64,000 nt of DNA, from positions 43,155-107,154 of the forward strand of contig CAZFHY010000015.1 in NCBI GenBank assembly GCA_964519305.1, in the 5' to 3' direction. The notes under the pieces are model-generated. The model was not told the DNA's origin. It saw nothing but the letters and a program-made list of their open reading frames with translations, and made no database searches. Shown here one piece after another: positions 20,414 to 30,370 of this stretch. Source of the stretch: Candidatus Undinarchaeota archaeon (GTDB lineage: Archaea; SpSt-1190; JASMDC01). The position numbers and the translations under genes were made by a program. The first letter of the stretch is position 1. The number at the start of each line of letters is the position of its first letter.

Positions 20414-21108
20414 AGATCCTCAACTCCTATCGTCGTATTGAAGTAGATATAGAAGCGCTGGGGCTGGAACGGTTTGAGCTGGGAGACCGTCCATGTGAAG
20501 TTGACCTTCCATGAGCTTTCGGGGACGCATTCATTATGGGGCGTCATGCTATTAGCGGCAACGATGCCCGATTCGAGGGTGCAGATGACCTTGTATTCGA
20601 CAGTGTCGCCCCGGGGGCCGTCCGTGCCTTCTTCAACCATCCATATCTCTGTCGCGAAGTCGGTCATCAGTGGGAGGGGGATCACCTCGGAGACCAGTAC
20701 CTCGTCCATAGGATAGTTCGCCACGACCTCTACCGGGATGCGGTAGGCAAGGGCCTCGGTCGCTGGGACCAGGTTCCAGGATGTGGTCGTTGTGTATGTG
20801 ATCTCCCCGTTCCAGGAGTATCCTAGCTCGTTGGCAGTGCGTTGCATGAAGAACACGTAGTCGTTGAGGTTCTGTGTCATGATGTCTGGACATACGCTGT
20901 CCCTGGCCGACGCCTGTGTACACGAGGCACTTACTATCTTTGCTCCTTGTTGACGGCCGTTCTGGAAGAAGAGAAGGGGAACAAGGGAGAAGTCGTCGCG
21001 CTTTAGAGGACGATGCTCCCTGATCATCGACTCCATGACCAAGAGGGCCATTAGGATGGTGATGCAGGAGATGACGTAGAACTGACCGCGCGTCGACGTC
21101 CCCAACAT
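20410..21108 (-). CDS. pilin-like protein with class III signal peptide
   Basis: Start at ATG 21108 behind GGAGGTG; TRGQ|FYVISCITILMALLV; paralogous layout to 19269-19850 (AYRIPV, FYIYF). Confidence 0.7.
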   Translation of the reverse strand: MLGTSTRGQFYVISCITILMALLVMESMIREHRPLKRDDFSLVPLLFFQNGRQQGAKIVSASCTQASARDSVCPDIMTQNLNDYVFFMQRTANELGYSWNGEITYTTTTSWNLVPATEALAYRIPVEVVANYPMDEVLVSEVIPLPLMTDFATEIWMVEEGTDGPRGDTVEYKVICTLESGIVAANSMTPHNECVPESSWKVNFTWTVSQLKPFQPQRFYIYFNTTIGVEDL

Positions 21109-21176
21109 ACACCTCCCTCTATCCATTGGAGATATGTAGGTCGTGGAGGTATTAAATCCTTTCGCGTGCGGGCCAG

Positions 21177-21662
21177 CTATACGGACTCGGTGCGTGTGCA
21201 CACGCTCGACTCGGTCCGATCGATCATTGGTGTCACAGCGAGATCGATGATATCATTGTAATCGGCGAACCGTGTTCCCGAGATGGCGAAGAGCCGAGTG
21301 CTCCCGGCCGCCCACCCTTCGACCGTCTGTTCGATGAGGTAGGCGCATTTGTTACCTGTCACGACCAATGTCTCGTTGGCGATCCAGTGCCCCGAATTGT
21401 ACTCGAACGTTGCTCTCTCGAGCATCCGGTGCGGTATCCGGTTCTGCCCGGTGTTGGTGATGGCGAGACAGACTGCACCGGGAAGGGTCCCGCACCTGGC
21501 CGTGACGTTGTCCGGGCAGGCATAGACCTTCCTGCAGCCGACATTGTAACGGATGTACATCGAATCGTCTCCGGAGGAGGCGTAGAGGTGGAACACGGCA
21601 ACAATCAGACCGGCGAATACAGCGATTGCCACGACCACCATTGCAAGTGTCCGATCGGCCAT
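21177..21662 (-). CDS. small membrane-anchored pilin-like/hypothetical protein
   Basis: GGAGG RBS; N-terminal hydrophobic helix then beta-rich domain with ITNTG and Cys pairs. Confidence 0.6.
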   Translation of the reverse strand: MADRTLAMVVVAIAVFAGLIVAVFHLYASSGDDSMYIRYNVGCRKVYACPDNVTARCGTLPGAVCLAITNTGQNRIPHRMLERATFEYNSGHWIANETLVVTGNKCAYLIEQTVEGWAAGSTRLFAISGTRFADYNDIIDLAVTPMIDRTESSVCTRTESV

Positions 21663-21706
21663 GGTCCCTCCTTATTTATTCGGCGTTCAAGCCTTAAAAA
21701 CCCTCC

Positions 21707-22873
21707 TCAGGATTCAGTACCTTCCTTGAAGGCATCGTGCACGATGATCTCGTAGGAAGGGTTCCCGAGAGCGAGGGTACGGGCGGCCTGTAGCTGGAAG
21801 CGGGGATGTGCCTTTGTCGAGGTCCGGTACACCTCCCCGAACGTGTCCTCGCGCACCTTCTTGTCCAGTGCGGAGGACGGAGCTGGCGGACAGGCGTTCA
21901 CTAGGTCGAGACTGGCCCGGTCGATGGCCAGGGGATCGGAGCCCGCAAGGATGCCCAGATCGGGGACAAGGGCGTTGTCGGAATGAGGGATACAGTCGCA
22001 TTGGGGGGTCACGTCCAGCAGCACGTTGACGTACGTGACCCGTTCGGGCCCTAGGAGGTCCAGGACGGCCTTGGCAGCATCCACGATCTTCACCGACGTG
22101 CGTTCTGCTGATGACCAAGTGACACGAACGGCACGCTCGGGGCACGACTCGGCGCATCCCAGGCACCGTACACACCTACCGGCGTCGATGGTGTGGTCCT
22201 TGTCGATGGCGCCCACGGGGCACAGCTTGGCGCAGACGTCGCAACCGGAACAACGCTCCTGATCGATGAGAGGGAGATCCTCCTCCATATGGATGGCGAA
22301 CTTCGTGGATTTGGCCACGCACCCCACACCAAGGTTCTTGAGAGCGCCCCCGAACCCACCGAGAGCGTGTCCCTTGAAGTGGGCGAGGGATACCACATGG
22401 TCCGCCTCGGCGATGGCACGGGCCACGTAGACCTCCTTCAGGGCGGCACCTGCCACCTCGACACGGACACCGTCGATACCCTTGAGGCCGTCGGCGATCA
22501 CAAGTGGTGCTGCGCAGGTCTCAGCAGTGAACCCGTTCTCCTTGGCGACCTCAAGCCGTCCTGTACCGAAAGAGCGCGGGTAGCGCATACCCAGCCCGGT
22601 CGTCTCGGTGACGAAGGGATGAGCTCCCTTTTCAGCGATGGCAAGGGCGAGTCGGCGAACATAGAGGGAACGGATGGCTTTTGTGGTCCCTCGGTCCCCG
22701 AAGTGTGTCTTGATGGCCACTTGGGCGCCTTCCTCGATCCGGTCGAGGATACCGCTGGCACCGATGAGGAACGAGAACTTCTCAGCGAGACTGTGTCGGG
22801 GGTCGAATAGGTCACTCCGGCTCTTGGAAATTTTGACGCGTGACGTGACGAAATGGAGGGGGACCTTGGCCAT
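21707..22873 (-). CDS. DUF362 family Fe-S protein with 2x[4Fe-4S] ferredoxin domain
   Basis: VAIKTHFG, HFKGH..GFGGALKNLG.GC, CSGCDVCAKLCP, CVRCLGCAESCP, CDC, SDPLAIDRAS. Confidence 0.9.
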   Translation of the reverse strand: MAKVPLHFVTSRVKISKSRSDLFDPRHSLAEKFSFLIGASGILDRIEEGAQVAIKTHFGDRGTTKAIRSLYVRRLALAIAEKGAHPFVTETTGLGMRYPRSFGTGRLEVAKENGFTAETCAAPLVIADGLKGIDGVRVEVAGAALKEVYVARAIAEADHVVSLAHFKGHALGGFGGALKNLGVGCVAKSTKFAIHMEEDLPLIDQERCSGCDVCAKLCPVGAIDKDHTIDAGRCVRCLGCAESCPERAVRVTWSSAERTSVKIVDAAKAVLDLLGPERVTYVNVLLDVTPQCDCIPHSDNALVPDLGILAGSDPLAIDRASLDLVNACPPAPSSALDKKVREDTFGEVYRTSTKAHPRFQLQAARTLALGNPSYEIIVHDAFKEGTES

Positions 22874-22936
22874 GGAACTGGCAGTGCCGCCAAGGTTTAA
22901 GTCTTTTGCCGGGCGAAATCAGGCAAGGTACACCCC

Positions 22937-24082
22937 ATGTCCATACTCGACAATGTCCTGGGTGGGAAACGTGAGGAGGAACCTCCGCCCCCGCCGCGCC
23001 AGCGCGCAGAGGCCCTGGAGCGCAAGGGACTGTTCGAGCAGGCGGGTGAGGCCTACCTGGAGGCGGACGAACCGCTCAACGCCGGCCACTGCTTTCGCAA
23101 GGCGAAAGCGTGGGACAGGGCGACCGAGGCTTACCGCCAGGCGAACGACTGGATGGCCGCGGCCGAGTGCGAGAAACAGGCCGCTGCCGCGCGGAAGGAG
23201 TCCGAGCGGCGGGATATGGAGAGCTTCTGGCGGGAGAGCGCGCTCCAGAACGAGGAGGCCGGTCGATGGGACCTCGCTGCTGAGGCGTTCGAGAAGGTGC
23301 GTTCATGGGAGCGGGCCGCAGAGTGCTATGAGAAGGCCGAGAACTGGCCGCCTGCAGCCCAGTGCTACCTCAAGGCAGGCCGCCTCGAACCTGCCGCACG
23401 GAGCTTCCGACGTGCAGGCCAACGGGAGAAGGCAGCAGAGCTCTTCGAGGAAGCAGGTGCATGGGCAGAGGCCGGTGAAGCCTACGAGTGGCTCGAGGAA
23501 TGGACCCGTGCAGGTGATTGCTTCGTCAAGGCGAACGAGTTCGACAGCGCCCGGCGGACGTATGCGAAGGGCGAGCGATGGGACCGCCTTGCCAGCGTGG
23601 CCTTCAAGGAGGGCGACTTCGATGAGGGGATCGAGTTCCTGATAAAGGCCAAGCGTAACGATGTCGCCGCCCGTCGTCTCCTCCGACGTGCCGTGGACCG
23701 GCTGGACGAACCGGAAAATGCTCTTGATGACGTGAAACGGGCCCACTCCTGCTACAACATCGTGGGACTGCGGGGTGCTATGCAGCTGCTCGAAGGTGTG
23801 ATCGAGAAGGACGCTGCTCGCGTGCGCGAGGGTGCCGCCATCCTCGAGTCTGGCAAGGATTTCGAGCCCAAGGCCGCCAAGGAGCTACTTGCGTTCGCCA
23901 AGGAGACCGCAGTCACGCTAAAGGAGACCAAGGATGAGCCGAAGAAGGAGCAGGCAGGGGATGGGACGCGACGTAAACGCCGTCTCGAGCTCATCGAGGA
24001 ACTGGTACGCAAGGGCACGATCAGCCGGGTGGAGTACGAGCGCCTGAAGAAGAAGCACCTAAAGGAGCTCTTGGACGAATAA
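22937..24082 (+). CDS. alpha-solenoid (TPR/SNAP-like) repeat protein with C-terminal SHOCT-like motif
   Basis: 13-residue AA..Y.KA..W repeats; C-terminal LEL.EEL..KGTISRVEYERLKK. Confidence 0.8.
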   Translation: MSILDNVLGGKREEEPPPPPRQRAEALERKGLFEQAGEAYLEADEPLNAGHCFRKAKAWDRATEAYRQANDWMAAAECEKQAAAARKESERRDMESFWRESALQNEEAGRWDLAAEAFEKVRSWERAAECYEKAENWPPAAQCYLKAGRLEPAARSFRRAGQREKAAELFEEAGAWAEAGEAYEWLEEWTRAGDCFVKANEFDSARRTYAKGERWDRLASVAFKEGDFDEGIEFLIKAKRNDVAARRLLRRAVDRLDEPENALDDVKRAHSCYNIVGLRGAMQLLEGVIEKDAARVREGAAILESGKDFEPKAAKELLAFAKETAVTLKETKDEPKKEQAGDGTRRKRRLELIEELVRKGTISRVEYERLKKKHLKELLDE

Positions 24083-24136
24083 GACGTTGACGCACAGAAA
24101 GGTTTTTCCCCTTATAGACCTTTGAGCTGATGGGCG

Positions 24137-26089
24137 ATGATGATGAGGACGACAGGCCTTGCTGTAGCAACGTTCATCCTCATCATGACCTGTGGCCTTT
24201 GCGCGGACGGACAGGTCGCCGGCCAGGACATCAACACTCTTGACCATGCTGTTGCCTTTCTTTCTCTTCTCGTCGTTTTCGTCCTCCCCGGACTGCTACT
24301 TGCTGGAGCGACGCTCCCGGATGCGCGTCCGGAGGAGTTGATCGCGCTCGCCCTGGGGAACGCAACGTTCATACTCCCGCACCTCGCGCTCGCCTGCGCA
24401 ATGCTCCTTAGCACGACGCTCTCAGCGGGATTAATGATCATCTTGGGCGGTATCATATGCATCGTATCCGTCCTCGCGAACGGACGGGGTGTGGTCCCCT
24501 CTATCGGTGACCTCCGTGACCTTTTATCCTCGCCGCTCACTCCGGTGTGCATAGTCGTGATGATCGCAGCCATCGTCCTGTCCGGCGGGCATCCCCTCCG
24601 GGCCGAGGGTGCGTACGTTTTGGAGCTGGAGGGCGGGATATCCCGCCACTACCAGGGCCCCAACGGATGCGAACCTCTCGCCCATCCCTCTCTCCCTGAG
24701 AACCTCGTCGTCCATGTCGAGCGTCTCGGTGGACCGGCCATCCTTGGCGCGTACCATGCGGTGACCGGGGATGCGGGCCTTGCCCTTGCGTTAGGTCTTG
24801 CCTATGCCGCATGCCTAGCATCTATCTATGCTGCGAGCAGGGCTCTTTCGATACGGCCGATGATAGCCCTTGCGACCTCGCTTCTCATCATCACTTCCCC
24901 GCTCGTCGTCCGCAGCTTCGATGAGGCCCGGACAATGCATCTGATGTCCGCCCCGGCCGCATCACTGTTACTGTTCCTTGTCATAAGGGCAAGGACTGTG
25001 CCGATGCTCGTGCTGACGGGCATGGCATTCGGCTCCCTGGGGGGTGTGATGCACATAACGGCCCTCATGGCCCCGGTCCTTGTGCTGGTTGTGGCCGGTT
25101 CGCGACACCCGATAAAGGCCGCACTCGCCATCCTGTCAGGACTCGCGCTCACCGCCCTCCCCTGGGCCCTATGGCATCAGTACGCTTATGGCACCCTCTT
25201 CGTCCACGAGACCCAGCCCCCTCTGGGGCAGCTCCTCCTTGGCGGCGAGGACGCAGCGTCCTTCAACGGCATGCTCAACTCGCTCCGTGATCCGGTCCGG
25301 ACGCCTGGTTTCCCACTCCCCTCCTTCCTCTACCTCCCGTTCTCATTCCTCGGTACCCTCGGCGCCCTCCTATCATCAGCGACGATCCTCGGTCTTGTGC
25401 ATATGCCCTCCCGGCCGCGAGCAATATTACTGCTCTGGCTGGTACCGTTCCTCCTCTTCCTCGGGCTGAACGAGAACTGGGACGGGACCAAGACGTACCT
25501 CTCGCTCCCGGTTTTCATCGTTCTGGCGCTCCCGGCCGGTCACTACCTTGACAAGCTGCTCTCTACGGGACCGCCGTCCTCCCGTAATACCACAACCTTC
25601 GTCTGCCTGGTCGCCGCTCTCTTCCTACTCCCACGGGTCCTTCCCGTCCCTGCATACCCGCTCGATCCGCGCTGGACCCTTCGCTTCCCCGGAGTACCCG
25701 TCCCAACGGAGGACATCCAGTTCACAAGAGAGGAGCTGTTCTCGCCAGGTCTTTTCCCTGACACACGTCTCCTTCCTTCTGGCGACCTCACGAGGGGGCG
25801 GAAATCCCTGGTCCCGGTCCATCGGATACACTTCACGGCTCTCGGTGACGACGGGTACGTCGATGCGTGCGACCCTGGTCTCCGATGCTACTGGGTCGCG
25901 TTCAGGACCATCAGGGACCCGGCCTCATGGATAGATTCTCCGTGCCATGCTGTGGAATTCACGTCAAGGTTCAACATGACCCATTCGCACGTATGCGTGC
26001 TCGAGCGCAGGGTGCAAGGGTGTCCCGGTGATGGTGCGCTTTGGGACACGCTCGCATCCAAGGGCTACGTGCGGGACCTCGTCGTCTAA
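24137..26089 (+). CDS. polytopic membrane protein, probable GT-C fold glycosyltransferase
   Basis: More than ten hydrophobic helices; LTALPWALW...YG and YLSLP patterns typical of ArnT/PMT-like proteins. Confidence 0.6.
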   Translation: MMMRTTGLAVATFILIMTCGLCADGQVAGQDINTLDHAVAFLSLLVVFVLPGLLLAGATLPDARPEELIALALGNATFILPHLALACAMLLSTTLSAGLMIILGGIICIVSVLANGRGVVPSIGDLRDLLSSPLTPVCIVVMIAAIVLSGGHPLRAEGAYVLELEGGISRHYQGPNGCEPLAHPSLPENLVVHVERLGGPAILGAYHAVTGDAGLALALGLAYAACLASIYAASRALSIRPMIALATSLLIITSPLVVRSFDEARTMHLMSAPAASLLLFLVIRARTVPMLVLTGMAFGSLGGVMHITALMAPVLVLVVAGSRHPIKAALAILSGLALTALPWALWHQYAYGTLFVHETQPPLGQLLLGGEDAASFNGMLNSLRDPVRTPGFPLPSFLYLPFSFLGTLGALLSSATILGLVHMPSRPRAILLLWLVPFLLFLGLNENWDGTKTYLSLPVFIVLALPAGHYLDKLLSTGPPSSRNTTTFVCLVAALFLLPRVLPVPAYPLDPRWTLRFPGVPVPTEDIQFTREELFSPGLFPDTRLLPSGDLTRGRKSLVPVHRIHFTALGDDGYVDACDPGLRCYWVAFRTIRDPASWIDSPCHAVEFTSRFNMTHSHVCVLERRVQGCPGDGALWDTLASKGYVRDLVV

Positions 26090-28170
26090 GCGAGGCCGCT
26101 ATTCGCACTGGTGCGTTCATTCACACGTTCCTGAAAGTCTTGCACGGTCCGGTGCAATGTGCTGACCTCGCCGCCCATGGACCGCGCGATAGCTGCGGCC
26201 TGAGTGAGCACCTCGATGGGCAGATGTTCGTCATCGAAGGAGTAGAGGTGAAGGTTGGCCACGTACGTCCCTCGCTGACGCAATGTGGTCTCCACGTCGT
26301 CGAGGAACGCCCTCCGCGCCCGCCCCTGCTCTTCAGGCCCCATCTTCCTGTATCCCTGGAGGTGGTCGTGCGAGGACACCGGCACCTCCACAAGACCGTC
26401 GGTCCGCTGGAAGGGCAGGGGACATCCTTCCACAAGGTACGTCGAACCGTATGTGAAACCGGCCCGCACCTCGGCGGCCCGGACCGCTGTGTTCGACTGG
26501 AGCTCGGGAGAGCGTGTCCCGAACACCTGCAGACCGGCCGATTCGAGGAGGGCCGTCCCCCGTTCCAGCCGCTCGAGCACCTCGTCCTCGGAGAGGTCGT
26601 AGAACTCGTTCCAGGCATACCGGCCACCATGCCGTGGATTGAGATGCGTCCAGCCGCTGAGGCCGAACTCCATGCCTGACCCCTGTAGCGATACGATCTC
26701 TGTATGATAGGCGGGGGGGATCCCCGTCTCGCCGGGCGTGATGAAGAACGTGGCAGTGAGGCCGGAGGCCGAAAGAGCGCGTGCCAGCGTAAGCATGAAC
26801 GGTATATCGTCGGCGCCGATGTCTGTGAAAGTGAGGGCCAGTGTCGGTGAACGGGCGTTAGCATCGAGGCTGCGCGTGACGATGAACTGTCCCCGGGAGA
26901 GCACAGTACGTGACGGAGGGAGCACGGCCATGAGCTCGTCATAGCCAAGAAGACGCGGATCGAATATGCCGATGTCCGCCGACCTCAGGCACTCATTGGG
27001 GATACCTTCGAAGACAGCGTAATGGCCGTGGACAGGGCGGTCGATGAGGAACGTGAGGACCGGCTCTAGATTCGAGACGATGATGTCATGCGGAGGCTGG
27101 TCAGCGAGCCAGTCGGTGATGGCGACCATGTCCTGAAGGCCAGTATCGCTTCGGAGCACCACTAGCACGGCGGCCATCGAAACGATGTGTAGCGCCACGA
27201 TGACGAGCGCGACCACCTTCCTCGACCGCTCCTCCCACCTCAGGTGCACGAGACCGGCGCCGCACGCGACAGTGTAGACCGGCAGCACAGGAAAGAGGTA
27301 CCTCATCTCCTTGTGCGGGTGGACCATATGGAAGACGCCGAACGCGAGGGCCACCATGAACGGGAGTGTATCCTGTCGGTCCCTGCGATACGCTGCGATA
27401 CCAAGAAGGGCAAGGGGAAGGGTGACCGGTACGAAGAGCTCTAAGATGTGTTCGATGTAGTAGGTGGGAGAGCTCGCGGGGAAGCCGCGGTCCACGATGA
27501 AGTTAAGGTACATGGGACGGACAGGATCACCGCTCACGAGCAGGTTCCCCCCGAGCCAGGGCAGGATGGTCAGGGTGAATACTATGGTAATGAGCTTGGC
27601 GTCCGACCATCGACGTCGTAACATGAGGAGCGGGATCACAACCAACATGATGCCGTTTGTGTACCTTGTGAACAGACCGAGAGCACAGATGAGCCCGTAC
27701 AGTCTCCACCACTCTCGGAAAAGACAGAGGACCCCCATGGTCGCCAGGCACAGTGACAGAGAGTCCGAGAGCGCCAGACCGGCCATGCTGATTGTCGCCC
27801 ATGAGCCCAGGAGGACGGAAATTGCTACGAACGCCGGGAGCTGGCCATGGCGTCGCAGGGTGATAGCGTGCGTCAGGAGGAGGGTGACGAGCAGTGCGAG
27901 GACGGATGCCGACCGTCCCGTCCAAAGGGGGTGCACATCTGTGATGGCGCTGGTCACTGCGAGCAGTGTGTGGACTACCGGCGGGCGGAAGGCCTCGTAC
28001 AGCTCACCGTCTTCAAGGAGCGCCAGGGCGTTCATCGAATAGACCGCCTCGTCCCACCAGAGCCCCCGCATGGGGATGGACAGGAGCAGGAAGAAGAGAA
28101 GGACGAGGACCATCAAGTGGACGACACGGTCGTACCGTGGCTCGTGACCGTCCCCAGTACCACCGCGCAT
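26086..28170 (-). CDS. ArnT/PMT-family (GT-C) glycosyltransferase fused to polysaccharide-deacetylase-like domain
   Basis: WWDEAVY, RPP, TRY, HKEMRYLFP; C-terminal LALTFTD, ATFFITP, GLSGWTH, NEF, RSP; start moved to 28170. Confidence 0.8.
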   Translation of the reverse strand: MRGGTGDGHEPRYDRVVHLMVLVLLFFLLLSIPMRGLWWDEAVYSMNALALLEDGELYEAFRPPVVHTLLAVTSAITDVHPLWTGRSASVLALLVTLLLTHAITLRRHGQLPAFVAISVLLGSWATISMAGLALSDSLSLCLATMGVLCLFREWWRLYGLICALGLFTRYTNGIMLVVIPLLMLRRRWSDAKLITIVFTLTILPWLGGNLLVSGDPVRPMYLNFIVDRGFPASSPTYYIEHILELFVPVTLPLALLGIAAYRRDRQDTLPFMVALAFGVFHMVHPHKEMRYLFPVLPVYTVACGAGLVHLRWEERSRKVVALVIVALHIVSMAAVLVVLRSDTGLQDMVAITDWLADQPPHDIIVSNLEPVLTFLIDRPVHGHYAVFEGIPNECLRSADIGIFDPRLLGYDELMAVLPPSRTVLSRGQFIVTRSLDANARSPTLALTFTDIGADDIPFMLTLARALSASGLTATFFITPGETGIPPAYHTEIVSLQGSGMEFGLSGWTHLNPRHGGRYAWNEFYDLSEDEVLERLERGTALLESAGLQVFGTRSPELQSNTAVRAAEVRAGFTYGSTYLVEGCPLPFQRTDGLVEVPVSSHDHLQGYRKMGPEEQGRARRAFLDDVETTLRQRGTYVANLHLYSFDDEHLPIEVLTQAAAIARSMGGEVSTLHRTVQDFQERVNERTSANSGLA

Positions 28171-28234
28171 GGATAAGTGGAGGTCATGACGAAAAGCATT
28201 AAAGGGATGCCTCATTCGCAAGCATCGGATTCCC

Positions 28235-29521
28235 ATGCTCGACATCAAGCTCATCCGTGAGGACCCGGACATCGTGCGGGCGGACCTGGAGAAGCGCGAG
28301 GCTGAGGACAAGCTCGAGCTCCTGGACGAGCTCATCAATGTGGACCTTGGCTGGCGCAACACGCGCACCCAGCTCACCGAACTGCAGCATAAGCGCAACG
28401 TCATGGCGCGCGAGATCGCCGTCCTGAAGAAGTCGAAGAAGGACGCATCCTCTCAGATCGCCGAGATGAAGGGGATCGGTGCGACCATCAAGGACCTCGA
28501 ACTTGCCGTGGAGCAGCAGCGGGAGCGCTCCCGCTTCCTGCTGATGTCGCTGCCCAACCTCATGCACGAGAGCGTTCCCGTGGGTGCGGACGAGACGGAG
28601 AACGTCACCGTGCGCACGTGGGGAGGAACTCCGACACCGGACTTCCCCGCCAAGAGCCATGTGGACATAATCGCTGACCTTGACGTAGTGGACATCGAGC
28701 GCGCAGCGCGCATCGCCGGTGCCCGGTTCTACTACCTCAAGCGCGAGCTGGTGCTCATGGACCTCGCGCTCCAGCGGCTGGCACTGGAACTGCTGGCTGA
28801 ACGGGAGTTCATCCTAGTCCAACCGCCGTTCATGATCGGTCGCAAGGCCATGGAAGGTGCTGTGAACCTTGGTGACTTCGAGGACGTCATCTACAAGATC
28901 GAGGGTGAGGACCTCTACCTCATCGCCACATCCGAGCACTCTCTGGCCGGTCTGCATATGGGCGAGATCCTTGAGAAGAAGGACCTTCCTCTGCGGTACG
29001 CCGGACTGTCAGCGTGCTTCCGTAAGGAGGCGGGCGCTCACGGCAAGGACATGAAGGGTATATTCCGCGTCCACCAGTTCAACAAGATCGAGCAGTTCGT
29101 GTTCGCCCGTCCCGAGGACTCATGGGAGGAGCACAAGAAGCTGATCAAGAACGCCGAGGACCTGTTCAAGATGCTGGAGCTGCCGTACCGGGTGGTCAAC
29201 ATCTGTACCGGCGATCTGGGCGGGACTGCCGCAAAGAAGTTCGACCTCGAGTGCTGGATGCCGGCCCAGGATACCTACCGCGAGATGGTGTCCTGCTCCA
29301 ACTGCACCGACTACCAGGCGCGCAAGCTCAACATCCGGTACCGGGAGCAGGCCCACCTCGATACACAGATAGTCCACACTTTGAACTCGACGGCCATCGC
29401 AACAGGCAGGGCCATGGTCGCCATCATCGAGAACAACCAGCAGGCCGACGGCAGTATCAAGGTGCCCGACGTGCTCGTACCACTGATGGGCGGGATCCGT
29501 ACTATCGGTAAGAAACGGTAG
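28235..29521 (+). CDS. serS: serine--tRNA ligase
   Basis: MLDIKLIRE, YLIATSEH, FRKEAG, GIFRVHQFNKIEQF, EMVSCSNCTDYQAR, HTLNST. Confidence 0.98.
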   Translation: MLDIKLIREDPDIVRADLEKREAEDKLELLDELINVDLGWRNTRTQLTELQHKRNVMAREIAVLKKSKKDASSQIAEMKGIGATIKDLELAVEQQRERSRFLLMSLPNLMHESVPVGADETENVTVRTWGGTPTPDFPAKSHVDIIADLDVVDIERAARIAGARFYYLKRELVLMDLALQRLALELLAEREFILVQPPFMIGRKAMEGAVNLGDFEDVIYKIEGEDLYLIATSEHSLAGLHMGEILEKKDLPLRYAGLSACFRKEAGAHGKDMKGIFRVHQFNKIEQFVFARPEDSWEEHKKLIKNAEDLFKMLELPYRVVNICTGDLGGTAAKKFDLECWMPAQDTYREMVSCSNCTDYQARKLNIRYREQAHLDTQIVHTLNSTAIATGRAMVAIIENNQQADGSIKVPDVLVPLMGGIRTIGKKR

Positions 29522-29532
29522 AGAATAGATGT

Positions 29533-29562
29533 GCGGGCCCACCGCCACCTTAGCGGGCCCGC
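29533..29562. terminator. GC-rich inverted repeat between convergent serS and minD
   Basis: GCGGGCCC (29533-29540) pairs with GGGCCCGC (29555-29562). Confidence 0.4.
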
Positions 29563-29590
29563 GGTTCTCGCATAAGCTGGAAATGTCTCG

Positions 29591-30370
29591 CTAATACTCG
29601 TCGATCAGGTCCTTCCACATCTCGCGGAGACGGTCGATCGTGGTCATGTCGTGCATGAACTCACGGCCGACGAGCTCGGATCCGAGCTTGCGGTAGGTGC
29701 GAGCAGCGCCGGAGTTTGGCCGCGCGAGCACGACAGGCCTGCAGTAGGCGATGCCCTTGCGCACGTTGTGGTCCTCGGGGACCTCGGCGATGATGGGGGC
29801 GTCGAGGAACGACTCGATCTGGTCGGTCGGGGGCTCGATACCCTCGTTGCGGCGCTTGTTGAGGATGACGCCAGTAGTGTAGACGCCCAGCTCCTCGGCG
29901 AACTTGATGGTCTTCATGGCATCGGCGATGGAGGGCCACTCGGGATTTACTACAACGAGCAGCTCCTGGGCCGAGCCGATACCCACCATGGCGTCCGAGC
30001 CGAGACCGGGGGCGCAGTCGAGGAGGATGAAATCGTAGTGGCCGTGGAGGTCCGCCATCGAGTTGAGATAGGCATCGAGGTCCACCTGACGGACATCATC
30101 GAGAGTGAGCCCGGCGGGGATGTAATGGAAACCGCCATTGTCATGTGTGTGGATGGCGTCATGCACTTTCGCCTGGTGCCGGAGCACGTGGTGGAAGTGG
30201 ATGGTGTTCGCCGGAGCGCCGAGGTGCAGCCCGAGGTTGGGTGCGGTGAAGTTGGCGTCGACGGCGATGACGGCGTGGCCATGGGAGGCCAGGGACGCCG
30301 CGAGGTTAGTGACGGTCGTGGTCTTGCCCACGCCGCCCTTGCCGCTGGCTATTGCGATTCTGCGAGACAT
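29591..30370 (-). CDS. minD: archaeal MinD/ParA-family ATPase
   Basis: IAIASGKGGVGKTT, VDAN...NLGLHLG, DFILLDCAPG, VPEDHNVR; GGTGA RBS before ATG 30370. Confidence 0.9.
   Translation of the reverse strand: MSRRIAIASGKGGVGKTTTVTNLAASLASHGHAVIAVDANFTAPNLGLHLGAPANTIHFHHVLRHQAKVHDAIHTHDNGGFHYIPAGLTLDDVRQVDLDAYLNSMADLHGHYDFILLDCAPGLGSDAMVGIGSAQELLVVVNPEWPSIADAMKTIKFAEELGVYTTGVILNKRRNEGIEPPTDQIESFLDAPIIAEVPEDHNVRKGIAYCRPVVLARPNSGAARTYRKLGSELVGREFMHDMTTIDRLREMWKDLIDEY

Noticed and set aside
28171-28404. N-terminal extension of the GT-C ORF overlapping serS
   Set aside because: Antisense to serS; ATG 28170 gives a normal divergent arrangement. Similar over-extensions were trimmed for gcvPB, gcvH, glnA and others
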